Source: a virus. Taken from it: 64,000 nt of DNA. Position 1 is the first letter of the stretch. Each line of letters begins with the position of its first letter. The notes beneath the pieces are model-generated. The model ran no database searches and was not told the DNA's origin. It saw only the letters and a program-made list of their open reading frames with translations. Below are positions 19,531 to 29,022 of this stretch, one piece after another. The stretch covers positions 1 through 64,000 of IMG/VR virus record IMGVR_UViG_3300045988_115450; one strand, given 5' to 3'. A program made the position numbers and the translations under genes.

Positions 19531-22377
19531 TCAGCCTCCTCCCTGTATCACACCATACACTTCCGACTCCGCGTCCAATGGAGCACATGGAACGCGGGTA
19601 GTGTAAATCTTGTCATCCCATTTATATCTACGGTCGTACTCTTCATAGTTCGTGAAGAACCTCCGACACGCTTCATCGTAGTATAAGCCGAGTTCAAAAC
19701 CAGCCCTTCCTCGCATACGATCTTTTGTTACAGACACAACGCAGGAATACTGCGAGAACTTTGATGTCCCTTGCTCTTTTTCGTCCTGCCGCACCCTCCG
19801 TAGAGACAACGTCCGATGCGCGAGATTTGGAAGGTTCGATGTGCCACCAATGTCATACAGCGCAACCGCTCCCGGTGTTGTTCCGCTTGGAATCTTTCTT
19901 GGATGTGCAACTAGAATTACACACACATTAAACTTCGATGCAAACTGAATCAGCCAGTTGACCAGCTCGGTCTGCTTGTCATACTTGTTCTCATCAGATG
20001 AATGTAGGTCTATAGTCATCAGATTGTCCAGCAGGAACAACTTACTGCCATACTTTCTAGCTGAGGCTTCCATAGATTCCTGGATTGACTCAATATCATT
20101 CGGCCATTCATTCTTATACACAAACCACTGGCCTCTATAACAATCGTTGATTCTTTCTTTCGCTTCTCTCGAAGCAACCCAGTAGATCGCGCCGTTCTTA
20201 CCGGTGTGTTCTTCAACATTCCTCGGCCCTGCAAGCAAGTAATTCATCCACGCCTTACTCATGAAGTCCGGCAGCTCTCTTGAAAAGATCCATGCGCCTC
20301 TGTTTTGCTCAAGCGCATTACAGATAAGCTGGTACAAGAAGCTGGTCTTGCCGGAACCTGGCGTGCCGGTCACGAGCGTTAACGTCCCGAAGAACAGTTT
20401 AAACAGTTCCCTGTCAAGGCTTTCAATACCAAAATAAATCCCGTCCAAGTCACTGATATTAACGTCCTCGACGTCACTAAGATCCATCACACTGTCAATC
20501 GGAGATTCCTTCGCACTAAGGATTGCGTTCATCACCGCTTCTTTTCCCTTGTAATAAAGCAACTCATTTAAATCCTTAATGTGCCTACCAGTTGCTTCAT
20601 CTATTGGCGGGATGTCTACCACCTTTGTCCTCCAGGAACCAAGTCTAGGGCACACATCTTTTGCCATTTGATAACCAGCTTTATCATTGTCAGAGCAGAT
20701 AATAATTTCGGAAAACTGGTCTAGCCAATCCATATTCTCCTCAATCCAGTGGTGATTTTGAGAACCTAAAGGAACGCTCACCGCGTTTGTATATCCGGAC
20801 TCGATAGCAGCCATTGCGTCGCAGTTGCCTGTAACAAAGATTGTCCCGTATTGCCTCACCAAGATCATTCCACTTGGAACCGCCACGCAATAAACTGGAC
20901 CGCTGTAATACTGCGCGTCATATGTAATATTGTTTAAATCCGCTTTTTTCTTACCTGTGATTGACACACGATAGCTCCCGTCCAATGTAGACAACTGGTA
21001 TTTAACAGAGCATTGCTGTCCGCTTGTGTGAGCAATCGTCTGCATCACATTAGCGTTATCCAGTTTGCAGGCATAGCCTGCAGTCCATTTCTGAAATCGC
21101 CGAAGAATCACGAGCTTTTGTATTTCAGACGTGGTGCTGATCCACGAATAAGAGACGGGTTCTATGTGAACGTGTGACGGGATCTTGAACAGCAATTTAA
21201 AACCATAATCAGAAACTGGCGTCTCAACGTAACTAACGGATAGCTTCTTGAGAAGCCGCCGCAACCTACGCCGTTTTCTCTTTTCTGTCGTTAAGAGTGT
21301 GTACTCACCAGTGCTCTTGTCATAACTACAGTTCTCCGATATAGCAATTGATAGTTCGACTTCATCCGTAGTGAGAAAAAACCCATCGCCCGAATAACTC
21401 GTTGTAATTGGAGCCGATTTATACCAACCATCTGACAATTTCCTCGCCTTCGTCTTCTCTAGGAAACCAAGAGCATTATAAGTTACAATATTGTGACCTT
21501 CAGTTACACACGACACATAGTTATCCGCAGCAATGAAGGATAGGAACCCTTCGTAGTGCTCGTTGATAATTGCAACCGGTCTTACAAATTTGCCACGCAG
21601 TTTCGACCAAGTACCAACAAATAGGTCATCCGCACACACCGAATACACGTCCTGCCCGTGATATTCATCAAATCGAACCCATCCATCAGGCGTTAAAATT
21701 TCTGCGTCGCCAGGGAAGCATTCACCTTCAGTTATCAATAACGGTTGACTTATGTTTACCCTGTTCATATTAAAAAGGAGCGGACGAGTGTCCGCTCCTT
21801 TCTGACACCAGTTCTTAGCCTCACCTTTTGACTTGTCGATTTTTCTGGCCGGTCGGTATTTCACCATCGTCAGCACGTCGTTTGTGTCGTAGTAGTTGAA
21901 CACAGCATTACCATGTTCATCTTCTCGCACATCACAATGGTCTAGCGTCTTCTCACTAATCTTTCTCGTAGCCATGTACTGGTTTACGATTGACCGATCT
22001 CTTAACGGAGTCTGCTGAGGATAGCGATACCCCCTATGAGTCTTGATGCCTTTCTCTCCAAAGCTATATGCCATCCCAGCTTCTTCAAAAGTTTTCTCTG
22101 CCGCTTCAAGATATGTATCGCCAGACATCACATAGGCGTCAATAATATCAATATTGCAACCGCATCCAAAGCAGTGAAAACCATAGGCTTTCGGATTATA
22201 GATAAAGCTCGGAGTGTCTTCTTGATGCACCGGGCATAATGATTTCAAGTTAGACGGATCAAACAATTTAAGGTCAAGTGTTTCAGCAATCAAGAATGGA
22301 GTTCTGTCTCCGATCTTCTCTTTTGCCTTTTGTAATTTTTCCTTTTCAATTAGCATTTCGTTCTCACCATCTACCAC
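19531..22377 (-). CDS. Bifunctional primase-helicase (Zn finger + Toprim + DnaB/gp4-like ATPase), intein-containing
   Basis: CPVHQEDTPS..CFGCGC Zn finger, Toprim ITEGE|CDAMAAIE, Walker A GTPGSGKTS and Walker B LFLLDNL. Confidence 0.85.
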   Translation of the reverse strand: MVDGENEMLIEKEKLQKAKEKIGDRTPFLIAETLDLKLFDPSNLKSLCPVHQEDTPSFIYNPKAYGFHCFGCGCNIDIIDAYVMSGDTYLEAAEKTFEEAGMAYSFGEKGIKTHRGYRYPQQTPLRDRSIVNQYMATRKISEKTLDHCDVREDEHGNAVFNYYDTNDVLTMVKYRPARKIDKSKGEAKNWCQKGADTRPLLFNMNRVNISQPLLITEGECFPGDAEILTPDGWVRFDEYHGQDVYSVCADDLFVGTWSKLRGKFVRPVAIINEHYEGFLSFIAADNYVSCVTEGHNIVTYNALGFLEKTKARKLSDGWYKSAPITTSYSGDGFFLTTDEVELSIAISENCSYDKSTGEYTLLTTEKRKRRRLRRLLKKLSVSYVETPVSDYGFKLLFKIPSHVHIEPVSYSWISTTSEIQKLVILRRFQKWTAGYACKLDNANVMQTIAHTSGQQCSVKYQLSTLDGSYRVSITGKKKADLNNITYDAQYYSGPVYCVAVPSGMILVRQYGTIFVTGNCDAMAAIESGYTNAVSVPLGSQNHHWIEENMDWLDQFSEIIICSDNDKAGYQMAKDVCPRLGSWRTKVVDIPPIDEATGRHIKDLNELLYYKGKEAVMNAILSAKESPIDSVMDLSDVEDVNISDLDGIYFGIESLDRELFKLFFGTLTLVTGTPGSGKTSFLYQLICNALEQNRGAWIFSRELPDFMSKAWMNYLLAGPRNVEEHTGKNGAIYWVASREAKERINDCYRGQWFVYKNEWPNDIESIQESMEASARKYGSKLFLLDNLMTIDLHSSDENKYDKQTELVNWLIQFASKFNVCVILVAHPRKIPSGTTPGAVALYDIGGTSNLPNLAHRTLSLRRVRQDEKEQGTSKFSQYSCVVSVTKDRMRGRAGFELGLYYDEACRRFFTNYEEYDRRYKWDDKIYTTRVPCAPLDAESEVYGVIQGGG
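20824..21720 (-). mobile_element. Intein (299 aa, residues C220-N518) inside the Toprim EGExDA motif
   Basis: Block A CFPGDAEILT, block B TEGHNIVT, C-terminal VYCVAV..ILVRQYGTIFVTGN followed by +1 Cys. Removing it restores LLITEGE-CDAMAAIESG. Confidence 0.75.
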
Positions 22378-22383
22378 ACTCCT

Positions 22384-22875
22384 TTACTCCATTGTTGCAT
22401 CCGTACTCTCTACGTTCATCCTCGCTCCGCAATTTGGGCAATATCTTGCGAATGTATACAGCTTGAGGTTTTCTAAAAACTTTTCTAAAGCTTTTTGCTT
22501 TTCTGCTTCTAAATCCCATTCATACGTATACTCTTCCCCATCCGGCGCATATAGTCTGCGCGACCATACTACTGCATTATTTGGATGCCTTTCCCCGCAC
22601 CCAGAACACACTGCCGTGATGGACACAGAAAGCTCTCTTTCCTCAGACATTGTATCCATATAAAAGGCGGTTGGTCTTAGTCGCCACTCTTGAAAGTGCG
22701 CAGAAGAAACATTCGCCGCTGGGGCATTTTCTATAGCACTAATCACATCTTCAGGATCAAAGTTTCCTTCCGGGTATTTCATTGGTGGCCCGTACACACC
22801 GCCGCCATCTTCCCACCATGTCGGCAGATCCTTTATGTATGCTAAAAGAGATTCTCTCTCGATATATTCAGGCAC
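22384..22875 (-). CDS. Zinc-ribbon protein, function unknown
   Basis: Start reassigned to GTG at 22875, preceded by RBS GGAGA and overlapping the upstream stop. CSGCG...CPNCG. Confidence 0.5.
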   Translation of the reverse strand: MPEYIERESLLAYIKDLPTWWEDGGGVYGPPMKYPEGNFDPEDVISAIENAPAANVSSAHFQEWRLRPTAFYMDTMSEERELSVSITAVCSGCGERHPNNAVVWSRRLYAPDGEEYTYEWDLEAEKQKALEKFLENLKLYTFARYCPNCGARMNVESTDATME

Positions 22876-23791
22876 TCTTATATCTCCTATTATTCTTAGC
22901 TCTAAACGGACAGCTCTCAGCAGTGTCACAAATATATGTACATCTGAAAAACTCAGGATCTGGCTCGAACCCTCTCTCTTTTTTGATCTCTTCAATTCGA
23001 TCCAATACCCACTGTTTCACCTGCTCAAGCCGTTCTTCGTCAAATGCTTCTGCGATAAACCGCCCATGTCGGTAACAATTGAAATCCAAAGTCGCAGGCC
23101 ATTTCCCATATTCTTCTTTGATGGGGATTGAGTAAATATAAGGCTGTCTGTAGTACCTGTCTAGTTCCTTGTCATATTCTGTCTGGAACTTTCTGTTGCT
23201 TCTGAATCTCAATCCGTGTGATTTGTGGTCGGCTATATGTAATCCGTTCTCTTCGGCCAATACATCTATAAAACCAACAAAGTTGTACGGACCAATCATG
23301 AAGTGGACTTCTTTTTCAACAGCGACAATATCTTTGATATCGTATGGGAAGTCAATGTTCTCCAAATACAAAAGTGAATTATTGAAGAAATTATCCTCGA
23401 CCTTTTTGCTCGGTGGTTTACCAACGACCTCCTCGTCATAGTGATCCAGGAAATACGGTACAAGCTCTTCCTTCTTTAACGCCTGTGACAAATACTGCTC
23501 CAGCACATGGTGCATAAATCTGCCATACGTGGAAAAAAAGTGTGGCTCCGGTTTGATTCTTACCGCTGTGTGCTCAAGAACCTTTTGGTAAGTCTCGTCG
23601 TCGAGTCTTTTCTTCATCCACTCCATAACCTTCCTGTAACCCTGGTCTAATTCTTTGTTGTACGCTATGTACCGAACAAACCAGCCATACTTGCAGTCAT
23701 CAAACGAAGACAGTCTAGAATAACTCCACAGCATAGCTGAAATTGCTCTTTCATATTCGGGGTCAGAGACGACCTCAAAAGGGGTCGTCAT
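22868..23791 (-). CDS. PD-(D/E)xK exonuclease with Cas4/AddB-like Cys cluster
   Basis: N-terminal Cys (SSFDDCKYGW), core GFIDVL..IADHK and C-terminal CTYICDTAESC. Confidence 0.7.
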   Translation of the reverse strand: MTTPFEVVSDPEYERAISAMLWSYSRLSSFDDCKYGWFVRYIAYNKELDQGYRKVMEWMKKRLDDETYQKVLEHTAVRIKPEPHFFSTYGRFMHHVLEQYLSQALKKEELVPYFLDHYDEEVVGKPPSKKVEDNFFNNSLLYLENIDFPYDIKDIVAVEKEVHFMIGPYNFVGFIDVLAEENGLHIADHKSHGLRFRSNRKFQTEYDKELDRYYRQPYIYSIPIKEEYGKWPATLDFNCYRHGRFIAEAFDEERLEQVKQWVLDRIEEIKKERGFEPDPEFFRCTYICDTAESCPFRAKNNRRYKSA

Positions 23792-24134
23792 CTGTTACGG
23801 TAGGCTGATTTGCCGAAATTGCGCCATTATCAGAGTTGCCTCTGGAGTTATCTACGGACTCAAAGGAGAACACAGCAAAATTGTAGTACCGCTTGTTCGT
23901 CTCCTTGTTATAGCTATTGGTTGCGTCCATGTCGCCGATGCGAATTCTGTCTCTCGGCTTTAGTTCCTTTGCATTAGCGTGCGCCGCACCAACAAAGTTT
24001 ACGAAGTCACTAAACTTAGTCTCGTACTCGCCAGTGTTCTTATTCTTCTGGCTGACAGACAGATTTACCTTTGTATAATTACCTTTGTCTTCGACAGACC
24101 AAATTGTTGCATACGCGCCAGTATGAAAACCCAT
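23775..24134 (-). CDS. ssb: Single-stranded DNA-binding protein
   Basis: OB-fold-sized protein with acidic tip ...TVTDDDPF. Confidence 0.8.
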   Translation of the reverse strand: MGFHTGAYATIWSVEDKGNYTKVNLSVSQKNKNTGEYETKFSDFVNFVGAAHANAKELKPRDRIRIGDMDATNSYNKETNKRYYNFAVFSFESVDNSRGNSDNGAISANQPTVTDDDPF

Positions 24135-24137
24135 GTA

Positions 24138-24848
24138 TTATTCCTCCGTATGTAGTTTATTCAAATCTCTCAGCAGAGCAGTCGCTCTTGCCTTCTTTTT
24201 AATTTGTTTGTAGTCTCCAGTGGGAATCAGCCTCCCATTTTCGTCACGCTTATCTACGTGCTTTGTAACCAACTCTCTAATCTTTTCTCTCTTGCTAGGA
24301 TCTTTCGCCGCGATGTCGTTAGCGATTGCGTCAATTTCCTCAATGATAGATGCGAGTTCGTTCTTAGACTTCTCTTCTTTTTGCTTCGAGCGAATGAAGT
24401 CCGGATCGTCGGTAGTAGTAGCACACTGAAAGTATTTCAGCAGGAAATATCTGTTACTGTAGGTAAGAGCCGAACCAAACGCCTGGCTGCTATCTGCTTG
24501 ATTGCCAGTCATCGTCCAAGGCACAACGATCTTCTCTTCGGGATTGTCGTTATTGACCCAGGTGTAAACCATATCAGCAGAGACCAAGAACTCATTTACT
24601 GTTTCCGTCTTACCGCCCTTCGTTTTCTCATAGCTGAAAGGCCGTACATCTGCTGTCCCTTGAACAATCCCAGGAACCAGTGTCAAGCCATACTCCGCAA
24701 CAGCGCTGTTAATCTTCGGCAGCAATTCCACATCAGAGGTGTAGCTGTAACCATACCCCTTCTTGTCTTTCTTGACGACATCTACAGCTTTCTGCACCGC
24801 CGCGAGCTTCTGATAGATGTTCAACGTTGCGTGATTTTCTTTTTCCAT
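24138..24848 (-). CDS. erf: ERF-family single-strand annealing recombinase
   Basis: NIYQKLAAVQKAVDVVKKDKKG.GYSYTS..LLPKI pattern. Sits next to SSB and the exonuclease. Confidence 0.7.
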   Translation of the reverse strand: MEKENHATLNIYQKLAAVQKAVDVVKKDKKGYGYSYTSDVELLPKINSAVAEYGLTLVPGIVQGTADVRPFSYEKTKGGKTETVNEFLVSADMVYTWVNNDNPEEKIVVPWTMTGNQADSSQAFGSALTYSNRYFLLKYFQCATTTDDPDFIRSKQKEEKSKNELASIIEEIDAIANDIAAKDPSKREKIRELVTKHVDKRDENGRLIPTGDYKQIKKKARATALLRDLNKLHTEE

Positions 24849-24925
24849 ATTTCACCTCATCTCATTTTTTGCGCTGGCTGCGTTGCAAAATAACCTTATA
24901 TTTTTTAACCGCTCAGCGTGATTAT

Positions 24926-24954
24926 ATTATATAGCTTTATTTTTCAAATGTCTA
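24926..24954 (-). promoter_or_regulatory. Sigma-70-type promoter TAGACA-17-TATAAT
   Basis: Minus strand reads TAGACATTTGAAAAATAAAGCTATATAAT. Same family as 53389-53417 and 63140-63168. Confidence 0.7.
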
Positions 24955-24962
24955 CCCCTTTT

Positions 24963-24989
24963 CGCGAAACTCGTCTGACGAGTTTCGCG
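24963..24989. promoter_or_regulatory. 27-nt perfect palindrome CGCGAAACTCGTC-T-GACGAGTTTCGCG just upstream of the -35
   Basis: Identical copy at 53426-53452, in the same position relative to its promoter. Confidence 0.65.
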
Positions 24990-25008
24990 ACGGAGCAGCC
25001 ACTTAAAA

Positions 25009-25422
25009 TCACAGTCCTTGAATCCTCTTTGACTCCCTCCATACGTCCAGGAGTTCCTCCTCTGAAAGAAGGGCAATAGCCGAGGAGGATAGGATGTTTC
25101 CAATAGCTATGCTCTTAATATCCTCCTCTTCTAGAGCACCTAGATATTTCAGCAGTCTTGACTTTGACATCCTCTGCGGATTCTCACATAGGACAAGGCT
25201 ATCCGCCAGCAGGTTGTATTTCTCCGCTGGCAGAAGCACATGTGTGGGTTGAGTTAGATTCTTAATTCTGGTCGTGAGCGGCAGCGCTATGACGTTCGGG
25301 CTTCTGTCATTTCCAATATCGTTTTGGAAAATGATTCCCGGCCTGACGCCTTTCTGTTCACTGCCAACCCCACTGAAACTCATTAGATATATGTCGCCTA
25401 GTCGCGGCTTATCGTATTCCAT
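25009..25422 (-). CDS. mazF: MazF/PemK-family endoribonuclease toxin
   Basis: GDIYLMSF..GSEQKGVRPGIIFQND...VIALPLTT...THVLL pattern. Confidence 0.8.
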   Translation of the reverse strand: MEYDKPRLGDIYLMSFSGVGSEQKGVRPGIIFQNDIGNDRSPNVIALPLTTRIKNLTQPTHVLLPAEKYNLLADSLVLCENPQRMSKSRLLKYLGALEEEDIKSIAIGNILSSSAIALLSEEELLDVWRESKRIQGL

Positions 25423-25485
25423 GAAACCTCCTTCTACCCGATGTTAGGTTCCGCTAACACACGGGTAGAAGAGAGCACTTAATCG

Positions 25486-25656
25486 TTACTTTTCTTCCGT
25501 GTCTTTGCGTAAAGTATCGGGCTTTTCCTTAAATCTATCTGTTACCTGTCGCCATGTGCAGGCGACCCATGCTTGCCAGTCAGGACACTGGCGAGTACAC
25601 TTCCAGTCCCTATCACACAATCTACAAGGACTAGTATCCAAAATATTCTCCGGCAT
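25486..25656 (-). CDS. 56-aa Cys/Trp-rich ORF (below the ORF-track cutoff); candidate non-canonical antitoxin
   Basis: Hand translation gives MPENILDTSPCRLCDRDWKCTRQCPDWQAWVACTWRQVTDRFKEKPDTLRKDTEEK. The ATG overlaps the upstream TAA (TAATG). Lies directly 5' of mazF. Confidence 0.4.
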   Translation of the reverse strand: MPENILDTSPCRLCDRDWKCTRQCPDWQAWVACTWRQVTDRFKEKPDTLRKDTEEK

Positions 25657-25928
25657 TATTCCACCGCCTCCAACCTTTTTAATCCAAGAGTTTTAATAAC
25701 AACGTATACTGCAGACGGCGTCACCTTGATCTTTCTTGCGATATCACTAGGACTCATCCCATCCAAATACAAAGACGCCACTTCATCAATATCAATTTTA
25801 ATGCGGCGATCTCTCGCCTTGCTCTTTCGCTTTCTATGTACTTGTTCGTTTGGGCGATTCTGTGCTACCCACTGACCATAACTCAAACCAGCTTCCTTAG
25901 CCGCAGCCGCCACTTCGTCAATCGTCAT
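25656..25928 (-). CDS. Small HTH DNA-binding protein
   Basis: Start reassigned to MTIDEV (ATGA overlap). C-terminal HTH is LDGMSPSDIARKIKVTPSAVYVVIK. Confidence 0.55.
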   Translation of the reverse strand: MTIDEVAAAAKEAGLSYGQWVAQNRPNEQVHRKRKSKARDRRIKIDIDEVASLYLDGMSPSDIARKIKVTPSAVYVVIKTLGLKRLEAVE

Positions 25929-26716
25929 CCTAAACTCCCTTCCTTTTGTACTTCTGTGCATGGGACAGTACTCCATCTTTTTCTATCTATGTACTTCCAC
26001 TGTACTGATCTATCTATAACACGAGTCTCAATATCTTCAACTCTTTCTAGCATAAGCAGAAATTCCCTACACTCTGCGATTTCACGATCCGTCCTGCCGT
26101 ATATACCAGCCCATGTAGAAATGCTTTTATCAATCTGCTCGATCGACCATTCGTAGTCTGAAAGCTCCGACTGCCTAATAAACTCTTGAACGTATTTATC
26201 TACTTCCCTTTTTGCCTCTTCGTAAGAATCGTATACATTAGGGGACAAGAGACTAATACGGGTAGGGTAATTGTCGTAAAACCGCTTCACGATTCTGTAA
26301 CCATTTGTGGTAATCTCTACATCAATTACGCCACGGTTCATTTGTTTTTTAACTAAGATTCCGCGATCATATAAGTCCCTAACCTTGTTTTTATCGCTTA
26401 TTTTAAGTGCCTCAATTTCTTTTCTTTCTTCTTTACTAAAGGCATAGTCGCCAAGCTGATACAATTCTGTATCATAAGACCAACCTTTTGGGAGTTTGTG
26501 AAATGACGTCTCAGACTGGAATTCCTTTACCGGTACATCTTTGAAGTAGGCTGACGACACTGTGCGCCTGTCGTCAAGTACTAGGTAGTTAATATACACA
26601 ACACCACCAAGGTGCTCGTCAACTCTTCCAAAACCAACACTATACTCGTAGCCTTCTTTCTTACACCAGTACACAATATCACCTGTCTTGAAAACTTTTC
26701 TGCCCATAACAATCAC
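25925..26716 (-). CDS. Hypothetical protein
   Basis: 263-aa ORF, translationally coupled on both sides. Confidence 0.5.
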   Translation of the reverse strand: MIVMGRKVFKTGDIVYWCKKEGYEYSVGFGRVDEHLGGVVYINYLVLDDRRTVSSAYFKDVPVKEFQSETSFHKLPKGWSYDTELYQLGDYAFSKEERKEIEALKISDKNKVRDLYDRGILVKKQMNRGVIDVEITTNGYRIVKRFYDNYPTRISLLSPNVYDSYEEAKREVDKYVQEFIRQSELSDYEWSIEQIDKSISTWAGIYGRTDREIAECREFLLMLERVEDIETRVIDRSVQWKYIDRKRWSTVPCTEVQKEGSLG

Positions 26717-28746
26717 CTCACGATATAGCTATTTAAAAATCCTTCTTCTGAAAGAATCGGGATTCCCATACTAACAGCTTTCTTGAGTTTCGAGCTTCCG
26801 CCCTGCGGATCGTTGCAAACCAGACAAGTCGTGTCTTTTGTCACACTTGACGACACGCTCCAGCCCGCACCTTTTGCAACCTCCTCGAACTCTTTTCTTG
26901 ACTTAAACATCTTCAGCTTGCCGGTCACGCAAACCGTCATTCCTGCGTTCTTCTTGTTTTCCCTAACAGTAATAGCTAAATAACGATTCAACAACGCGAT
27001 CTCAGCAGAATGTCTTTTAACATAGTCGTTAATTCCATCACTGGTTTTTACGCCAACCCCATTGAGATTGCTCCAATCCATATCAGCATCCGCCATGTCA
27101 CACAACGTTTCAGCAAACGAGCGTTCATCCATTGCTTCAAAGATTGCCTCGGCTATAACCGGCGCAGAAGATTTCCCAACACCAGGAATTCCTATTGCAA
27201 CAATGAAGTTTTCTGCCGCGCAAGTCTTGCTTTTTTCTATCGCGGCCAGCAGCTTGTCCACGCTGGCGTCACCAAGCCCGTCGAGCTGCTTTATATCACT
27301 ACTATATCTATCAAGCCGGTAGATATCGGCAAGATTCTTCAACCATCCGTTATTGACAAAAAGCTTGATGCGCTCCGTAGATAAACCATCAATATTCATC
27401 CCTTGCCTAGACACGAAGTTTGAAATCCTGTCTACCAAAACCGCGGGACAATTATCGTTACTGCACTCAAGACGCTGAGCTTCGTTACTTGATACAGCTC
27501 TAGCAGCTTCCCCGCAGACCGGACAGTGTGCCGGAATTGAATACGTGTCACTCTGAGTAAGGTTACGAACAACCATCGGGATAATTTGATTAGCCTTAAT
27601 GACCTCGATCTCATCGCCGATTCCAAGCTTCAGCTTTTTAATCTGGCTTACGTTAGAAAGGCTCGCTCTACTCACAGTCGTGCCGTCAATTTCTACTGGA
27701 TCAAACACAGCAACCGGATTGATTGTGCCGGTTCTCGTAGTATTCCACTCAACATCTCTAAGCGTTGTCAGGTTTCTTTCCTGATAGAACTTAAAGGCGA
27801 AACTATGATTGGGGTGGTGAGAAGTCTCGCCTAATGTCCGGCCATATTTCTGGTCACAGAACGTTCCGACCATCCCGTCGATTGGATATGGTGTACACTT
27901 CATAGCTTCCATGGTGCGGCTCACAAATTCCTTGACATCAATACCATCCTTATCAAAGGGAGGGACGGATACAATCTGAACGGTTGTAAACCCTAGACTA
28001 CTCAGCATTTGCATGGCATCTCGAAAGTCCTTATCTTGAAACTTAGGCGTAGAATTTCGCCATGCTATGAAAGTGACTTTTCGTCTGCGCAAAACAGCGC
28101 TATCTAGTTGCCTGACAGTTCCGCTTACAAGGTTACGGGGGGTTTTATAATCTGTATTTTCGGCCTTTTTAATTTTTTCAAATTCTTCATAGGTGATTAC
28201 TGCCTCACCGTCCACATACAACTCACCTTTATATGGGATGGTTAAAGGGATATTAACAAACTCCCTTACGTTGTGAGTAATATCCTCACCAACAGTGCCG
28301 TCCCCTCGTGTCTCGGCGCGTTTAAGGATGCCGTGTTCATATGTAAGAGCGCAAGTAACACCGTCGAGCTTTGGCATTAGTACGAATTCATGCTGGCTAA
28401 AATACTTGATAAACTCATCTAGCCCAGTTGTCTTGGCGAGAGATAGCAACTTATGCGTGTGTGTTACTTTTTCTAGATTGCTAACTACTTTGCAACCAAC
28501 AGTTCTTGTTGGAGAGATTGAGTATGTAATACCCGTTTCTTTTTCGAGTTCAACCAGTTTATTCATAAGCGCGTCAAACTCTTTGTCGCTTACGAGGTTC
28601 TCATGCTCATTAAAATAACTGTAGTTTAAAACATTGATGGCTACGATTAGAGCATTCATGTCAGGACAGTTAGATCTTGCTTCCCGCAAAACCTGCTCTA
28701 AAGATATTGGTTCATACATTGACATAGGCACAAACCCCAATCGCAA
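26713..28746 (-). CDS. ligA: NAD-dependent DNA ligase
   Basis: Adenylation motif KLDGV, then TRGDGTVGEDITHN, Zn finger CPVCG..C..C and a BRCT-like C-terminus. Confidence 0.9.
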   Translation of the reverse strand: MRLGFVPMSMYEPISLEQVLREARSNCPDMNALIVAINVLNYSYFNEHENLVSDKEFDALMNKLVELEKETGITYSISPTRTVGCKVVSNLEKVTHTHKLLSLAKTTGLDEFIKYFSQHEFVLMPKLDGVTCALTYEHGILKRAETRGDGTVGEDITHNVREFVNIPLTIPYKGELYVDGEAVITYEEFEKIKKAENTDYKTPRNLVSGTVRQLDSAVLRRRKVTFIAWRNSTPKFQDKDFRDAMQMLSSLGFTTVQIVSVPPFDKDGIDVKEFVSRTMEAMKCTPYPIDGMVGTFCDQKYGRTLGETSHHPNHSFAFKFYQERNLTTLRDVEWNTTRTGTINPVAVFDPVEIDGTTVSRASLSNVSQIKKLKLGIGDEIEVIKANQIIPMVVRNLTQSDTYSIPAHCPVCGEAARAVSSNEAQRLECSNDNCPAVLVDRISNFVSRQGMNIDGLSTERIKLFVNNGWLKNLADIYRLDRYSSDIKQLDGLGDASVDKLLAAIEKSKTCAAENFIVAIGIPGVGKSSAPVIAEAIFEAMDERSFAETLCDMADADMDWSNLNGVGVKTSDGINDYVKRHSAEIALLNRYLAITVRENKKNAGMTVCVTGKLKMFKSRKEFEEVAKGAGWSVSSSVTKDTTCLVCNDPQGGSSKLKKAVSMGIPILSEEGFLNSYIVR

Positions 28747-28812
28747 ACATAAGCAGATAGAACAGACCCCAGAGAGACTCTATTACAATATCTAAAACCT
28801 TGCACAGCTTTC

Positions 28813-29013
28813 TCATTTCTTCGTCCCGCCTTTCAGTAGCTCCTTCAGCTTCCTAGAGATGACGTACCACAGGAAAATTGCCCCAGCTGGCATAAGGATC
28901 ACCACAGTGATAGCCGCAAACAACTCTGATACATATCGTCCCAAAAGAAAGAGGACGGCAATGATCAACGCTAACGTGATCGCCGTCCAAACTCCAACAA
29001 TTTTTTCTTTCAT
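28813..29013 (-). CDS. Small two-TM membrane protein
   Basis: Two hydrophobic segments. Confidence 0.45.
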   Translation of the reverse strand: MKEKIVGVWTAITLALIIAVLFLLGRYVSELFAAITVVILMPAGAIFLWYVISRKLKELLKGGTKK

Positions 29014-29022
29014 ATGTCCTCC

